DNA from: the human T2T-CHM13v2.0 reference genome, Homo sapiens | Length of the DNA: 64,000 nucleotides | Direction: 5' to 3' (one strand) | Assembly: GCF_009914755.1 (NCBI RefSeq) | Contig: NC_060947.1 | In this document: in pieces, positions 42,688 through 59,910 of the stretch | Layout of the letters: each line of letters starts with the position of its first letter | Position numbering within the stretch: the stretch's first letter is position 1 | Program-made: the position numbers and the translations under genes | The notes under the pieces: generated by a model | What the model was told of the DNA's origin: nothing | The model's input: only the letters and a program-made list of their open reading frames with translations | The model's database searches: none

Positions 42688-42998
42688 CTTTTTTTTTTTT
42701 TTTTTTTTTTTTTTTGAGATGGAGTCTCACTCTTGTCACCCAGGCTGGAGTGCAGAGGTGTGATCTTGGCTCGCTGGGACCTCACCCTCCCAGGTTCAGG
42801 CGATTCTCCTGCCTCAGCCTCCTGAGTAGCTGGGATTACAGGCACGTGCCACCACGCCCAGCCAATTTATATATTTTTAGTAGAGATGAGGTTTCACTGT
42901 GTTGGCCAGGCTGGTCTCAAACTCCTGACCTCAGGTGATCCGCCTGCCTTGGCCTCCCAAAGTGCTGGGATTACAGACAGGAGCCACTGCGCCCGGCC
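42688..42998 (-). mobile_element. Alu, antisense
   Basis: Long poly-T then reverse Alu consensus. Confidence 0.93.
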
Positions 42999-44938
42999 TA
43001 TCTTCCATTCTGCTTTTAAGGAAAACCAGCAAATAACAAGAAAACCATTTAATGTAAAGATTTGTAAATAATCACTTCAAAAGAAGTGCCTTGTTGCTGT
43101 CACATTTAGTCCATCTTCATATAATTCTTATCTGGGCCAGTTTCTTGGGCATGGGACATGTGCAGTTACACAAGCCTGTGCTCTTAAGAGGGTCTTACCC
43201 ATAGTTTAATGTTCTGCTGTTGTAGTCTTGAAATTCTTAATGATTTAACAAGGGGTCCTCCATTTTCATTTTGCACTGGGCCCTGCAAATTACATAGCCC
43301 ATCCTGATTTCTACAACTATAGAATAGCACAATGGGAATTCCATATGGATTAATAATATGTGACACTTACGGCTTTTTCTATACGCTTCCAAGTACTTCA
43401 TATAAATTACTTCATTTCATTCAATGGTAGAATTGATAGATGCTTAACTTTTAATGAAAGACAAAGTCAGATTCACTCTAAGGATTAAAAAATATATGTA
43501 ACATTACATTTTAAAGATTTTCAAAAACAATTTGTTGTGGAAATGAATTATTGTCATGAGATATTCCCCACTAGACGGACTTCCTGTAGGGTCAGGGGTC
43601 CTGGTCTTCTGTAGGGATGAGCAAGCTTTTCTGAAGGGCCAGGTGCTAAGTGTCTCAGGCTTTGTCTGTTAGGACTACCCAACTCTGCTGTTGTAGCAAG
43701 AACACAGCCTGTTAGCAGCAGATACTCAAATGACCAAGCCTCTATTCCAATGACACTTGGTGTGTGGACACTGAAATTGGAATTGCAGATAATTGTTAGG
43801 CATCACAAATCTTTTTCATTTTCCAACTGTTTAAAAATGTAAAAATCATTGTTAGCTTGTGAGCTGTATAAAAACAGGTAACAGGCTGGATTTGGCCCAC
43901 AGGCCATGGTTTGCTGACTGCTGATCTTAGCCCTCATTTGACTCTCAGTGCCCAGCACATAGCAGGCTTTCAGTAGAGGTCACTTAATCCTGTGGCTCCA
44001 GCCACAGCAGTGTAGTTCCACGGGCTGGCCTCATGGACAGCAGTGAAGGAAGAGGTTGATGTTGTTCACACTGTTCCCTTTGGGCACTCTGTCAGCTCCT
44101 TCTTCCTCGCCTCTTGACAGCATCTGGGGCAGATGGTGTGGCTTTCCTGTCACTTCCGGCTACTAAGGCATCCAGGCCAGCCTAACCAAAACTGCCTTCC
44201 TGCCTCTCACCTACAGCTGCTCTCCTTCCAGCAGTTCTGGCCAGAGCAGGGACCTGAGTGGTGGGCTCCAGCCATTTCCTCCGGGCTCCACTCCCTACTC
44301 CCTCCCTGCCTGTGCTCCCCTCCACCATGCTTCATTCTCCTCACTTAGGGACAGGAAAGCAAAATGATGGGAGTGTGAGATAGACAAGGAAAGACCAAAT
44401 TCTTCTTCCTGGACCAGGGCCCTTGTGGTTCTCCCTGCTGTGAGGGGTCCTCTGTGGTGGTGGTCCAGATGCTCTCCACTCAGAATGCTCCTGTGGAGCC
44501 TTCAAGGGCCCCTCCAGGGACCTCTGCACTGCATCTTCCCCTGACATGGGTGACATGCTCTCACTGACTTCCTCCACCCCACGTCAGCTCTGCGCCCAGG
44601 GGTGTACACCTCCAGCCTCACTCGCTGCCTTGTCCTTGCCCTGTCTCACTTGAGGACATGGGCCTAACAGGCAATGACTCCATCCTGTTCCCTTCCAAAG
44701 CCTCTGCTTGGCCCCAGGAATATATCAAGTGCAGACTACTCAGAAAACTGCCCTCTCTCCCCCCAGTCACAGGCGCTCAAGCCAACCTTCCACCATGAAA
44801 CTTCTCCAGCTACGAGGCAGCCACTAGCTTCAGAGTATCTTCAAGTTTTCTGAAATATTCATGGAATAAGGAATAAGAAAAAAATAAACAGCCAATGTCC
44901 AAGACCCCTGAATCCATCTTTGGAAAGGATAATTCTAC

Positions 44939-45330
44939 TGTGTTAGTTTCCTATGGCTGCCATAACAAATACCACAGACTAGATGGCTTAAACAACAGAA
45001 GTTAATTTTCTCATAGTCTAGAAGCTGGAAGTCCAAGGGCAAGGTATCAGCAGAGTTGGTTTCTCCTGAAGCCTCTCTTTTTGCCCTGTAATAGCTGTTC
45101 TCTCCCTGTCTTCATGTAATGTTTTTGTGTGCACATCTGTGTCCTAACCTCCTCTTCTTTTAAAGACAAAAGTCAGATTGGATTAAGGCTCACCCTCATG
45201 ACCTCATTTTCCCTTAATTACCTTTTTGAAGATCCTATCTCCAAATACAGTCACATTTTAAGGTACTGGGGTTTGGAACTTCAACATATGAATTTGGGAG
45301 GGTAGAGGACAAGATTCAGCTTATAACAGC
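44939..45330 (-). mobile_element. MLT1-like MaLR LTR
   Basis: tgtgttagtttcctatggctgccataacaaataccacagact...ttcaacatatgaatttggg. Confidence 0.8.
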
Positions 45331-46398
45331 TACCCTCCAGAATTTTTAATTCACTCAGTCTCACTTTGGAACCAAAAGACCTCTGGAAGGTAGATTTAAA
45401 AGCTAACCCATTTGCCAAGCTACTGGTGTTTTCCATCCACCCACCACACTAGAGAGAGGTAGTCTCTTTGCAAAGTTATTTTCAATGCCATCTTGCATTA
45501 TGTGGTGCCCTTTCCCATAGGAAAAGGCTGTTCATGTAGGAGTGCAGCTTCCTTTATGTCAGTGCATATGGAATCCACCCCAGCACCTGAATTGCATGTT
45601 AAACACATCCTGCTTCATTAAGCTGCCCTCATCACTCATCGCCTTGACAGCCAGTATTGCTATAACTCATACTGCCTGGCAGCAAGATCAGCATGTCCCT
45701 CCATGCAGGGCACCTGGCCAAGAACCAACTCTTCCTGCCTGGAACATTTTTCCCCTGGCAGGCTCCTTTTTGTTAATCCAGTCCCAGCTTAAATGACACT
45801 TCCTCACAAAGGCCTCCTCCTGACCACCCAAGATAAAGAAGTCCCTGCCATCCCACCCCACCATATCATATCATTATCAAGGTAGTTAGTAGTTCTTTTC
45901 GTTTGTAACGTGTTTACCATCAATTTCTCCATTGGTCTACAGATGCCATGAAGAGCATTTCCTAAGGACACTCAAGTTGTCACTTGTGTGTTCCAATTTT
46001 GGCTTGGGAAATTTTGTGCACCGTGGGCCTAACAGCCATCTTTTATGTCACTGTGACCTATGCAGTTGGCTGCTACTTTTTCATGCAACTACACACAAGT
46101 AAAGGTGCAAGTATGTAGACAGTGGTGGCCCCAGGGGATGGTTTGGGGAGAATTTAGCCCATGACAAGTTCCATCAGTACTTCTCTCATAGGCACTCCAT
46201 ATAAATGTGAGATCTCAGTGAAAGGGGAGCTTGCTGCCAAAATGTAGTTTCAACACAAGTCCCGTATAATCTCTCCACCCATCAACAAAGAAAATTTGAA
46301 GCCACCACTGTCTGTGAGGGTAGGCTTTCTCATTGACTACTGAAAACTAGAAGGAATGTTTCATATATCATTAATGGCTATTTTGCTCATAGGATGGA

Positions 46399-46701
46399 TT
46401 TTTTTTTTTTTTTTTTGAGACAGGGTTTTTCTATGTCACCCAGGCTGGAGTGCAGTGATATGATCATAGGTCACTGCTGCCTTGAACTCCTGGACTCAAG
46501 TGATTCTTCCTACTCAGCCTCCCAAGTAGGTGGGACAACAGGTACACACCACCGTGCCCAATTAATTTTTTAAAAATGTTTTGTAGAGACGGGGTCTCAC
46601 TTTGTACTCAGACTGGTATTGAATTCTTGGTTTCAAGTTATCCTTCCACCTCAGCCTCCCAAAGTGTTAGGATTACAGGTGTGAGCCACTGTGCCCAGCC
46701 A
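46399..46701 (-). mobile_element. Alu, antisense, with target-site duplication
   Basis: aggatggattt on both sides. Confidence 0.92.
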
Positions 46702-48216
46702 GGATGGATTTCAAACTAATTTACATTGCAGTGAAACAACTCCCTTGGGCATGAAGGAAGAACTGGCTTTAGATGTTCCCTTGTACTATCTGTAATATAA
46801 CTTCAGATAGGGAAATAATAATTTGCTGAAATACAAATAAAATCCAAATCCTCATTTCGGTGAAGAATTTTAGGATTCTCTTTCCTCAAAGTTATTTTCA
46901 TAAATATAAGGAAAAATAAATTTGAGTTTCACTATCCCCTTGGTGCCTTTCCCTGCTTAAGTAGCAGAAGCACACAAAGACCTCTAATCTACAAACTTGA
47001 AAATCAAGAAAGACTATTGTTGATTAAGAGTTGGTACATGCTGTAAAGATAGGGAAGGCTTATTAACACAATGTAGAGATGATGAATGAGCCTGTTCAAG
47101 TGTAGATAACAACGATAAGCTCAGAGCAGCAGATAAAAATGAAGATCCTACCTCCCAGGATGGCATCTGGAAGTGGATAGTATTCTGCCAGCTTTGGAAA
47201 CTGGATGAAAAGCAAATCTGGCAGAGGTACCCATTTCATTCCCAGCTTGCTCAGTAGCTGGTGATTGGAAGAAACTCTGCAACAGTGTTCAATCCCTGGA
47301 CAGGAAACCCTCCTTCCATGATTCTTCTTTAACATGGGTCTGAGAAAAAGAGAAATACAGTATTTTTTAAAATGAAGATGCTAGCCAACTCTCACCAGAA
47401 CACATACTTAAATTGTTTTTCAGATCTTGAGGATGATTTAACCTGATCTGTCCTTTCATTGATTCCTCTTAAAACCAAGAGCTTGAGCTGGCTGGGTAGG
47501 GGTCCAGTTTTGGTCACAAAAGAAAGCCCCAAGCTATTTAGATCAGAACAGGATTGATGTAGTTCTAGATTGGGTTGGGTATCCTGCCAGTGGAACCAAC
47601 TTATCCTGGGCAAGTGTGAACAGATTGAAAGCTTGTTCATTGAAATACATAGCATACTTCTCCTAGGGCATTCAAAACATTTCAAAGAAAGAGCCTCCAT
47701 GCATAAGTGAAATTGAGCATATATACTAATGAGAAGGTGTACAACTCACAAGAGGATAAGGAAAGAGATAATAGCTCTCAACATATGTATACTCTGTGAC
47801 CCAAATTTCTATTCCTAAGTAAATACCCAAGAAAAAGCATACAGAAAAAACACGTACAAGAAGGTCCATAGCAGTTTAGCCACCTGTTGTGCATGTATCT
47901 GACACATAATAGGTGCTCAATAAATGTATATAATTGAACATATCTTTATATCCCACATATGGTTTCACAGGCCAAGTGACACATACTAGTTGTGTCATCA
48001 GTTCATACTTCTAGCATGTACTATAAATACTTTAATAAAAACCATTTTATTAACAATTTCCATTTTAGTCTATTATTGCTTTAATAAAACATTGGAATGA
48101 GGTCTTTAGGAATGATTTACTCAAGCTTAAGATAACTATGCAGAAGGGCCCAGCAATAAAGAAAGTGTTATTAGAAAGCAATTTTTTCAAAATGAACACT
48201 CAGGTACTTCACTTAC

Positions 48217-49228
48217 CGTTTTAGTTGCCAGAGCTGCTCTGTCTCACTCTAAAAGCATTTTCTTGCAAAGGGGTTGGTTTTGATCAACCCAAAAATCTGG
48301 CAGCTGTGAAAATCAAAGTTAATGCTATAGAACAGCGTTGTCCAATGGGACATTCTGTGATGATGGGAATGTTCTGTGTCTGTATATGGCAGCCACTACA
48401 CATAGATGGCTATTGAGCACTCGAAAGAGTGGTAATAATGACAAAATGTGTCAAACAGAGCCCAGTGATTCCTAATATTTTATGCAACTGGAATGAACAA
48501 AAAACAGATCTACAACTGAATGGCTCCAAATTATTTACTGAAAGTTTACCCTCTGTCATTTTAGGTGGTTTAATATTTTCTGTTGAAACTCATAAAACAG
48601 TCACAGGCTCAAATTTCAAGCCTCAACACATCTGCAAATTTAGAGAAATAACAAGTCCTTTAAATCAAAGATGCACTCAACAGAAAACTGGTTTGTTTTT
48701 GTTTATTTTTTTTATTTTTGCTTGGAACAGAGCTGGATGCAAAATTAGGTTGTTTATTGCTGTTTTTTAATATTATTTTTATTGCTGTTTTGACAGTGGT
48801 TATTGTCCAGCCTTTTCTCTTACTGGCCCATGTTAATGTATTTTTAAGTTTCAAGGCTAACTACCTGGTTGACAGAGTTCCACCTGAATAGCAATTTCTG
48901 GCCAGGCACGGTGACTCATGCCTGTAATCCCAACACTTTGGGAGGTGGATCACTTGAGGTCAGGAGTTCGAGACCAGCCTGCCCAACATGGTGAAACCCT
49001 GTCTCCACTAAAAACACAAAAATTAGCCGGGCGTGGTGGCGGGCGCCTGTAATCCCAGCTACTTGGGAGTTTGAGGGTGGAGAATTGCTTGAACACGATC
49101 TCATCACTGCACTCCAGCCTGGGCCACAGAGTGAAACTTCATCTCGAAAGAAAGAGAGAGAGAGAGAGAGGGAGGGAGGGAGGGAGGGAGGGAAGAATAG
49201 CAGTTACCAGGAAAAGAGGTCACAACAT
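48217..49228 (-). pseudogene. Decayed collectrin (CLTRN/TMEM27)-like exons 1-2
   Basis: Minus strand: ATGTTGTGACCTCTTTTCCTGGTAACTGCTATTC (49228 down), Alu, then ...GAACTCTGTCAACCAG|gtag (ELCQP, ends 48865); exon 2 GAAAATGCTTTTAGAGTGAGAC/AGAGCAGCTCTGGCA...|gtaagt (ends 48217). Recalled collectrin N-terminus: MLWLLFFLVTAIHAELCQPGAENAFKVRLSIRTALGDKA. Confidence 0.85.
48900..49194 (+). mobile_element. Alu inserted in the CLTRN-like exon 1
   Basis: Alu with (GA)/(GGGA)n tail; degenerate TSD gaatagcaatttct (48886-48899) / gaatagcagttacc (49195-49208). Confidence 0.88.
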
Positions 49229-49357
49229 CCTTTTGGAATAGAAAACAAAAGGCAAACAAAAAAGGAAGAAAAACCCACTCTGCACTTAAAGCTGCCTGAG
49301 CCATTCTGTGACCCAGATTAAAATATCAGAAAAAGAACAAAGCCACCACCTAAAAGG

Positions 49358-49370
49358 TTTAATGATTAAC
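49358..49370 (-). promoter_or_regulatory. HNF1-type site upstream of the CLTRN-like ATG
   Basis: GTTAATCATTAAA on minus strand, one mismatch to GTTAATNATTAAC, ~130 bp upstream of the ATG. Confidence 0.6.
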
Positions 49371-51070
49371 ACCCATCATTTGGGTTAATATTTTCATAGA
49401 AGTCACCTGTCTCCTGTCAGTTATTTATGGAAATCTACAGATTCGTTGTTTTTTTCCAGACTCTACCTCAAAAGAATGTTTCCTCTGCTGACTCAAAGTT
49501 GGAATCCTTCCCTCACCCCTTCTGCGAGTCTCTGGTTACGTGTATGATGGGAAGAATTGAGTCCTATCTGGAGGTTTTTTGGCATGCACCTTCCACCTTT
49601 TCGGGGCTAGGATACCTGGTTCATAGACAGACTATCTTCATTCAGGAAACAAACGTGACTCCTTTCTCTCTGGTAAACAAAGGGTGCCCTTCCATGAAGG
49701 GCCTCACCTGACTCACCACAGCGGGTGAACATCCCAGGAGAGCTTCAGAGCTTCCTCTTACCTACTTGAGGGTAGAGGGTGGGAGGAGGGAGAGGATCGA
49801 AAAACTACCTATCGAATACTGTACTTATTGTCTGGGTGACAAAATAATCTGTACACCAGACTCCCGTGACACACAATTTACCTATATAACACACTTGCAC
49901 ATGTACCCCTGAACCTAAAATAAAAGTTAAAAAAGAACGCTGAAGTTGCAACAAAACCTCAGAGATGCTCTGAGAATTAAGATAATGAGTGTAAAAGAAT
50001 CTTTCCCCGTGGGCATTCCACAGATGCCAATCGACGCCCCGCCCAGAGGTTGATGTCAGGGCTTTCCTCTCTACCATGCTGCCTCTTCATAAATTCAGTC
50101 CCCAAATTCTACCCCATTCCTCGAAAATCATGAATGGCAGAATTAGATTGGGTGACCTTGGTGTTAAATAGAAATATTGGATTTTCAAAGCAACAACGAG
50201 GAAAATATCAACAATGAGACTTCTGCAGCACTTTGAGAAACACATCATTTCTTCCTCCTTGCAAGGGTGGTATTTTATTGTAAAGGACCCATGTCCATCA
50301 GCTAAATCCAACTGAGGAAGCTTTTTCTCTCTCCTTCATCTTGGTCGCAAGGACACGGAGTCAGGAAAAGCTGTACTAAAAGAAGAGGGAGCCACAACTT
50401 AGTCCAGCCATCCTAGCAATGTCACTATATTAAGTGCAATGGAAATTTCCAGAAGGAAGAGCTCACCTAGCTAACCCCTGGAAAAAAAAAAAAAAAGCCA
50501 GACTAGATGAAGTCATCTTGGGAAATGTTAAACTAAGTAAAGTCATGATGGTAAGGAAAAATCAATATACATAGAGATAGAGATTATAACAAAGCATTTT
50601 ATTTGCATCAAGGAAGAAAGCTATGCTAAGGACATAGAAACCTGCTTCAGCTTTCCTTTAGCCTTACACTTCATAAAAGTATCAAGTGGCTTTCTTTGGC
50701 TTTTGCTTAGTCATCTATATAGCTAGGGTTGAAGACAGTAAAACACTGAGTCTTAGTGTAAGTCATTCGTTTGAGAAGACAATCTCTTTTGAATGATGAT
50801 TTCTCGATGTTTGTTGTATCATCTTTTTAAAAAGAGCAATATAAATTCTTCTTAGAAAATACAAAGAAGCACAAGGAGAAAAGTAAAAATCACCTGTAAT
50901 TCCACCAGCGTCAAAGAATGACCAATGTTAATGTTTTCTAAATATTTGGAACATACCATTCTAAGCCTTGTGTTTTCTTTTGTGTGTATATACATAAATT
51001 CTTAAAAACAAAACGAATCATGCTATTATACAGCTTTGTCATCTTCTTTGCTGAACTTAACTGTGTTCTG

Positions 51071-52255
<1,185 letters not shown>

Positions 52256-54514
52256 TACAGACATTCTTTGCCAGTTGTTAGTTCCCCTTTCAATTTGATA
52301 TATGATTTTTTTGCATTTTCCCAGAAAGCAATCCTATTATTTCATGTCATCTGCATATACTTTAAAGTTTCTCTCCTGCTTTTCAATAGTAATACCTAGT
52401 TGTTGATGTTGTTGTTTTGTCTCATTGTAGTGGCACTATCACAACAGAGTGACATAATGGTGGGATAACATGGACACTTGTCTTCTTCCTTACTGTAATG
52501 GGACTATTTCTACTCCACATAATCTGGTGAGTCACTGTTAAATATGATTTGTTTTCTGATAAAAGTATCCTTTTATTTCCAGTTTACTAAAAATTATTTT
52601 AATCAGTAATCAATTTTGAAATGTAACTATCTTTTCAGTATGTATTATTATGATCATTGGGTTTTTTAATCATTTAGTACTTTTATACTGATAAATTTCT
52701 TTACATTGATCTAACCCTTATATAAGTTAATTTTTATTTCAATTTTTCATTATTTGATTTTGACTATTTTAGTTATTTTCAGCAAGCTACTAGACATATT
52801 TTGCTAGGTTTTTCCTAAGATTTTTAGCTCTGTTTTCATGAAGAATAGCATATAGGTTTCTTTTCAGGAGCTAATTCTTGAAGATTTTTCCTTTTTATTG
52901 CCACCTTGAATATGGTATAGAAATATTTCTAGCATTTTCTGTGTTTTGAAATACTTTAAAAAGCATATGAAATAAACACTTTATGGATAAATAATCTGAA
53001 TCATGCATATTTGTGGTGAGAAGTTCTCTGAAAACTTCTCATTTCTTCCACGGTCATTTGTATCAGATTTCATGAATCTTTCTAAATCCATTTAGACTCT
53101 ACAATTTCCAAGACAATCCTTTAATTCATTCAGATTTTTCAGTATTCTCATGAGCATTATAGGATATTTTCTATAAAATATCTGTTTTTGTTGCTATGTT
53201 CTCTTTATATTTGCTAGTGAATACATTACTTTTTTCTCAGTTTCCCATTGGACATGCCAGAAGTTTTGCTAGTTTTTTGTTGTTATTTTTTCAAAGAACG
53301 TGCTCTTGGATTAATTTTCACTTTTATTCTTTCTGTTTCCTGATTCATTCATCTTAGTTCATTGATTAAGTTATAGTTGTTTTGCTGTTTTGTTTATAAC
53401 TCTTGAGTTGACTAATAAGCTTGTTTACTTTTGGTCTTAGTTAATAATGAAAACATCTGTGGCTATGGATTTTCCTCCGAGTACTACTCTGGCTATATGA
53501 CATAAGAAATATAGATGTATAGTAATCTCATTATCATTAATTTTCAGAATAGTCTATAATAACAGTTTTCATTTTTTCCTATAACCCAGTTATTACATTT
53601 AAAAGTATTTTCTAAATTTCTAAGTTCTTTTCAGATTTAACTCTAAATATATATGTATCATATTTTAAATATTGTTCTTATTAATCTCAAGCACATGAAT
53701 ACATATTTAATCTTAGAGTTTATGGGAGGAAATCTGTACAGTTTACTTTTAATATCCAAATATATTTTGTAAATAACTTCAAATAAGCATCTGACAATAT
53801 TCATTTATTATTGTTATTTGCTCTGGCATTCTCCTTTTTTTTTTTTCTTTTTTTAAATTTCAACTTTTATCTTAGATTTTCGGGGGCACATGTACAGGCT
53901 TGTTTGTTACAAGGGTATATTGTGTGATCCTGAGGTTTGGGGTATGATTGAACTCATCACCCAGTGAGCATAGTACTCAGTAGGTGATTTTTCAACCCTT
54001 GTCCCCCACCCTCCTCCTCTTGTCATCCCAGTGTCTATTGTTGACAATATTCTTTTTAAAGGAATTGTAAGTGAATATTGCACTGTTACATTTCTGTTTT
54101 TAAAATAAAAGCATTGTCTTGACTTTCACATTATTTTAAAGCAGATATATCATATTAATATGATTAATACTATTAAAGGGCATGAAGTGGAAACTTTCTT
54201 AAGGTAGTAAGATTTTTCTATCAGGATAAAGCTAATTCTTGCCCATGGGCTGATGTACTCATATGTTTAGATTTGTTTGACCACAGCAAAAAAAAATTGC
54301 TAAATGTGCGGCCCAAAGTGGCAAGATTTCAGTTAATGACTTGTATGGGTCCTATGAGATAAATAAAAAGACAAAAGCTCAAATGACAAATTTGCGACAC
54401 TGCCAATAACTTGATTTCAAATATGAAGACACCACAGGTGACATGTCACATAGAAGGTACAAAAAACAAATTCATTGTTAAATAGCTTGATGGAGATCTC
54501 AGTAAAATAAATAG

Positions 54515-54920
<406 letters not shown>

Positions 54921-55930
54921 TACAAGTTTTAAGTAGTAAGTTTTCAGAATCTTTATATCTGTGTAACTTGCTTCATAAACTGCTCATTTCAGCAACTTCA
55001 CATAAGGGAGCTTAATAACTTATTAGTAACTGTGGTAATGATGACAAATAAAGCAGTTTGAATCATTCTGAATATGTTACTATTTACTTCCAAATGTTCA
55101 GAGTTTAGAGCATGTAGATTTAAAAGTTCAGATGACTGTTGCCATGAGCCACACAAAAGGGCACCAAGTCTCCTGAGATGGGAAAAAGAAATTGATTTCT
55201 CTGTGTTTTTTATACTCCACAACACTCTTGAAAAGCACTTTCTGGGCACATAACTATTGATCTACTGCTCTGGGGTAAATATGAGATCACATGAAAATGA
55301 AACGTGTCATTCTTTTGATTCATGCAAGATGCCTTTTAAAGTTCATCAGAGTCATAAAAGCATGTGGGCATATGTAGGCTCCATTCACCTGCAATAAAAC
55401 GAGAATTAGGGAGGGCTGATGTTCCTTTTAAATTTGACTCTGAGTATTCTGTTTCATTATCACAGAAATGTAGTAAACATATAATGCCTAAAACTAGTAT
55501 TATAAATTGTGAAACCATTTCAAATGTGATATTACTCTGTAAATTTTTATTGGGTTTTGGGAAATTTATCTGGCTGTGACACATTAAAAGAAATCAAATA
55601 AAACCTTTAATGGCTGAATATGGAAACGTTTTATAAGATTTTAAAATCATGCATTTTTAAAACCAGCATCTAAATTATTTAGCACCATTCAGAAATTTTC
55701 TAGAAGTTGTAGATTTTTAATCACATGTGATCCTTCATAGTTTAATGCAATGAAATTGATATGTCTACATAATAAAGCAATTTCAAGAGGTTTATAATAA
55801 TTAGCCCAATATTTGCTGAATAATTAAGAGGTAACAAAATGGTTCTATTCTCTTTAAGCTATCATTAGGTTAAGATACATATGGAGATTAAAGATTTTTG
55901 CCTCATGTGCAAAGCCTATTCTATTTTAAC

Positions 55931-56161
55931 CCAGGGGTTCTCAATCAGGGGCAATTTTGCCCCCCAGAGAACATTTGGCAATGTCTGGAGAGACATTTTT
56001 GGTTGTCACAATTGCAGTGGGCAGGGATGGGGGTGCTACTGACATCTAGTGGGTAGAGACCAGGGACACTGCTGAACATCCCGCATTATGTAGGGTAGCT
56101 CCACCACAAAGAATTATCTGGGTCCCCAAAGACAATAGTGCTGAGGTGGAGAAACCTTGTT
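55931..56161 (+). mobile_element. MER20-like, near full length
   Basis: caggggttctcaatcaggggcaattttgccccccagagaacatttggcaatgtctggaga...aatagtgctgaggtggagaaacct. Confidence 0.85.
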
Positions 56162-56184
56162 TCAACCTAATGTTGCTACTTTCA

Positions 56185-56523
<339 letters not shown>

Positions 56524-57517
56524 TCATGTATGCCTTCCTAGTTTCCCAATATTAGAAATAGTAACTTAGGGTCTAGTGTTTTAGAGACAATTTTGGTGCT
56601 GACACCTTAATTGGCATCATTACTTTTATTGTTGACATGTATAAATAAATAAGTCCTATACTGAGGAAACCTCCTAGATGTAGGTGTAGTGAATTTTCTC
56701 TATACCTGCTTAGGTAACAATGATTGAGTTCAATCTTGAACTCAGTCTTGACTGCTGCCTAGCAACTTCTTGTCTCAGTACTGCACAGTTTACCTTGAAG
56801 AGTTCTGAACTTGGACTTGTTCATCTTAAACTGAGAAGAATGCAAAGAGTTTGCTTATAAACTTTTGCACTGCTTGTACAAAATGAAGTTTTAATTTAAC
56901 TTCAGTCTTTTCTCTTTTTTTTTTTTTTTTTTTTTGCTGGGATTACAGGCGTGAGCCACTGTGCCCACCCTCTTTTCTCTTTTAAAACTCTGTTTTTCTC
57001 TACGGTGAGCACAGCATTTTGATATGTTATTCTTATGAAGGTTCCCCCTATATTATCACTATCAGCCTAACTTATCAATTTGCAAATTTCCTCTGTTTGT
57101 CCTTTTATTAACTACCATTTTAAAATTTGAGGTTATTTCCATTAACCCAACTAGTAAGAAGAAAGAAATTAGCAGTTAAAGGCCTAAATAATGTTTCTCT
57201 AAAGATTATCATTTAATAAACTTATGGGATACTGCTTAAAATGAAAGATCAGTCAAATATATATACAATATGTGTTATAAGCTTATAATTTATCATTTAT
57301 TCCATATTCTTTTTTTAAATTTATTACTTTTTTATTTTTTATTATGGGTACATAATAGTTGTATATATAGCATACATGTGATGTTTTGATACAGGCATAC
57401 AATTTATAATGATCAAATCAGGGTAATTGGGGCACCCATCACCTCAAGAATTTATCATTTCTTTGTGTTAGGAACAGTCCAATTCCCCTCTTTTATATTA
57501 AAATATACAATAAATTA

Positions 57518-57819
57518 GGCCAGGTGCGGTGGCTCATGCCTGTAATCACAGCACTTTGGGAAGCTGAGGCAGGCAGATGACTTGAGGCCAGGAGTTCAAC
57601 ACCAGCCCGGCCAACATGGCGAAACCCTGTCTCTACTAAAAACACAAAAATTTGCCAGGCATGGTGGCATGCACCTGTAACTCCAGCTTCTTGAGAGGCC
57701 AAGGCACGAAAATTGCTTGAACCCAGAAGCTGGAGGTTACAGTGAACTGAGATCATGCCACTGCACTCCAGCCTAAGCGACAAAGCAAGACTCTGTCCCC
57801 CTGCCTCAAAAAAAAAAAA

Positions 57820-57855
<36 letters not shown>

Positions 57856-57875
57856 ATATATATGTATGCACACAC
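57518..57875 (+). mobile_element. Alu with (TA)n(TG)n tail inside an L1M fragment
   Basis: Alu consensus; acaataaatta duplicated on both sides. Confidence 0.88.
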
Positions 57876-58119
57876 AATAAATTATTGTTAACTATAGTCA
57901 CCCTATTGTTATGTGTACTTTTATTTTAGGAAATACTGGTAAATAGCTTATTGAAATGTTGTAGCAATATATACTTTCATGAGAATGCATGACTTTGCTA
58001 ATATCCTCACATTCACCAACACTGGATATTATTACTCTTAATCTTAGCCATCTTATAAGTAAAATTAATTTCTTTTTGTTTAAATTTGAATTATTAGTGA
58101 GGTTGGGAATAGTTGTGTA

Positions 58120-59910
<1,791 letters not shown>

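Noticed and set aside
43255-43300. cattttcattttgcactggg resembling the HFHWG exon
   Set aside because: Wrong location and lies in what looks like a MER53-type MITE; no surrounding CA similarity.
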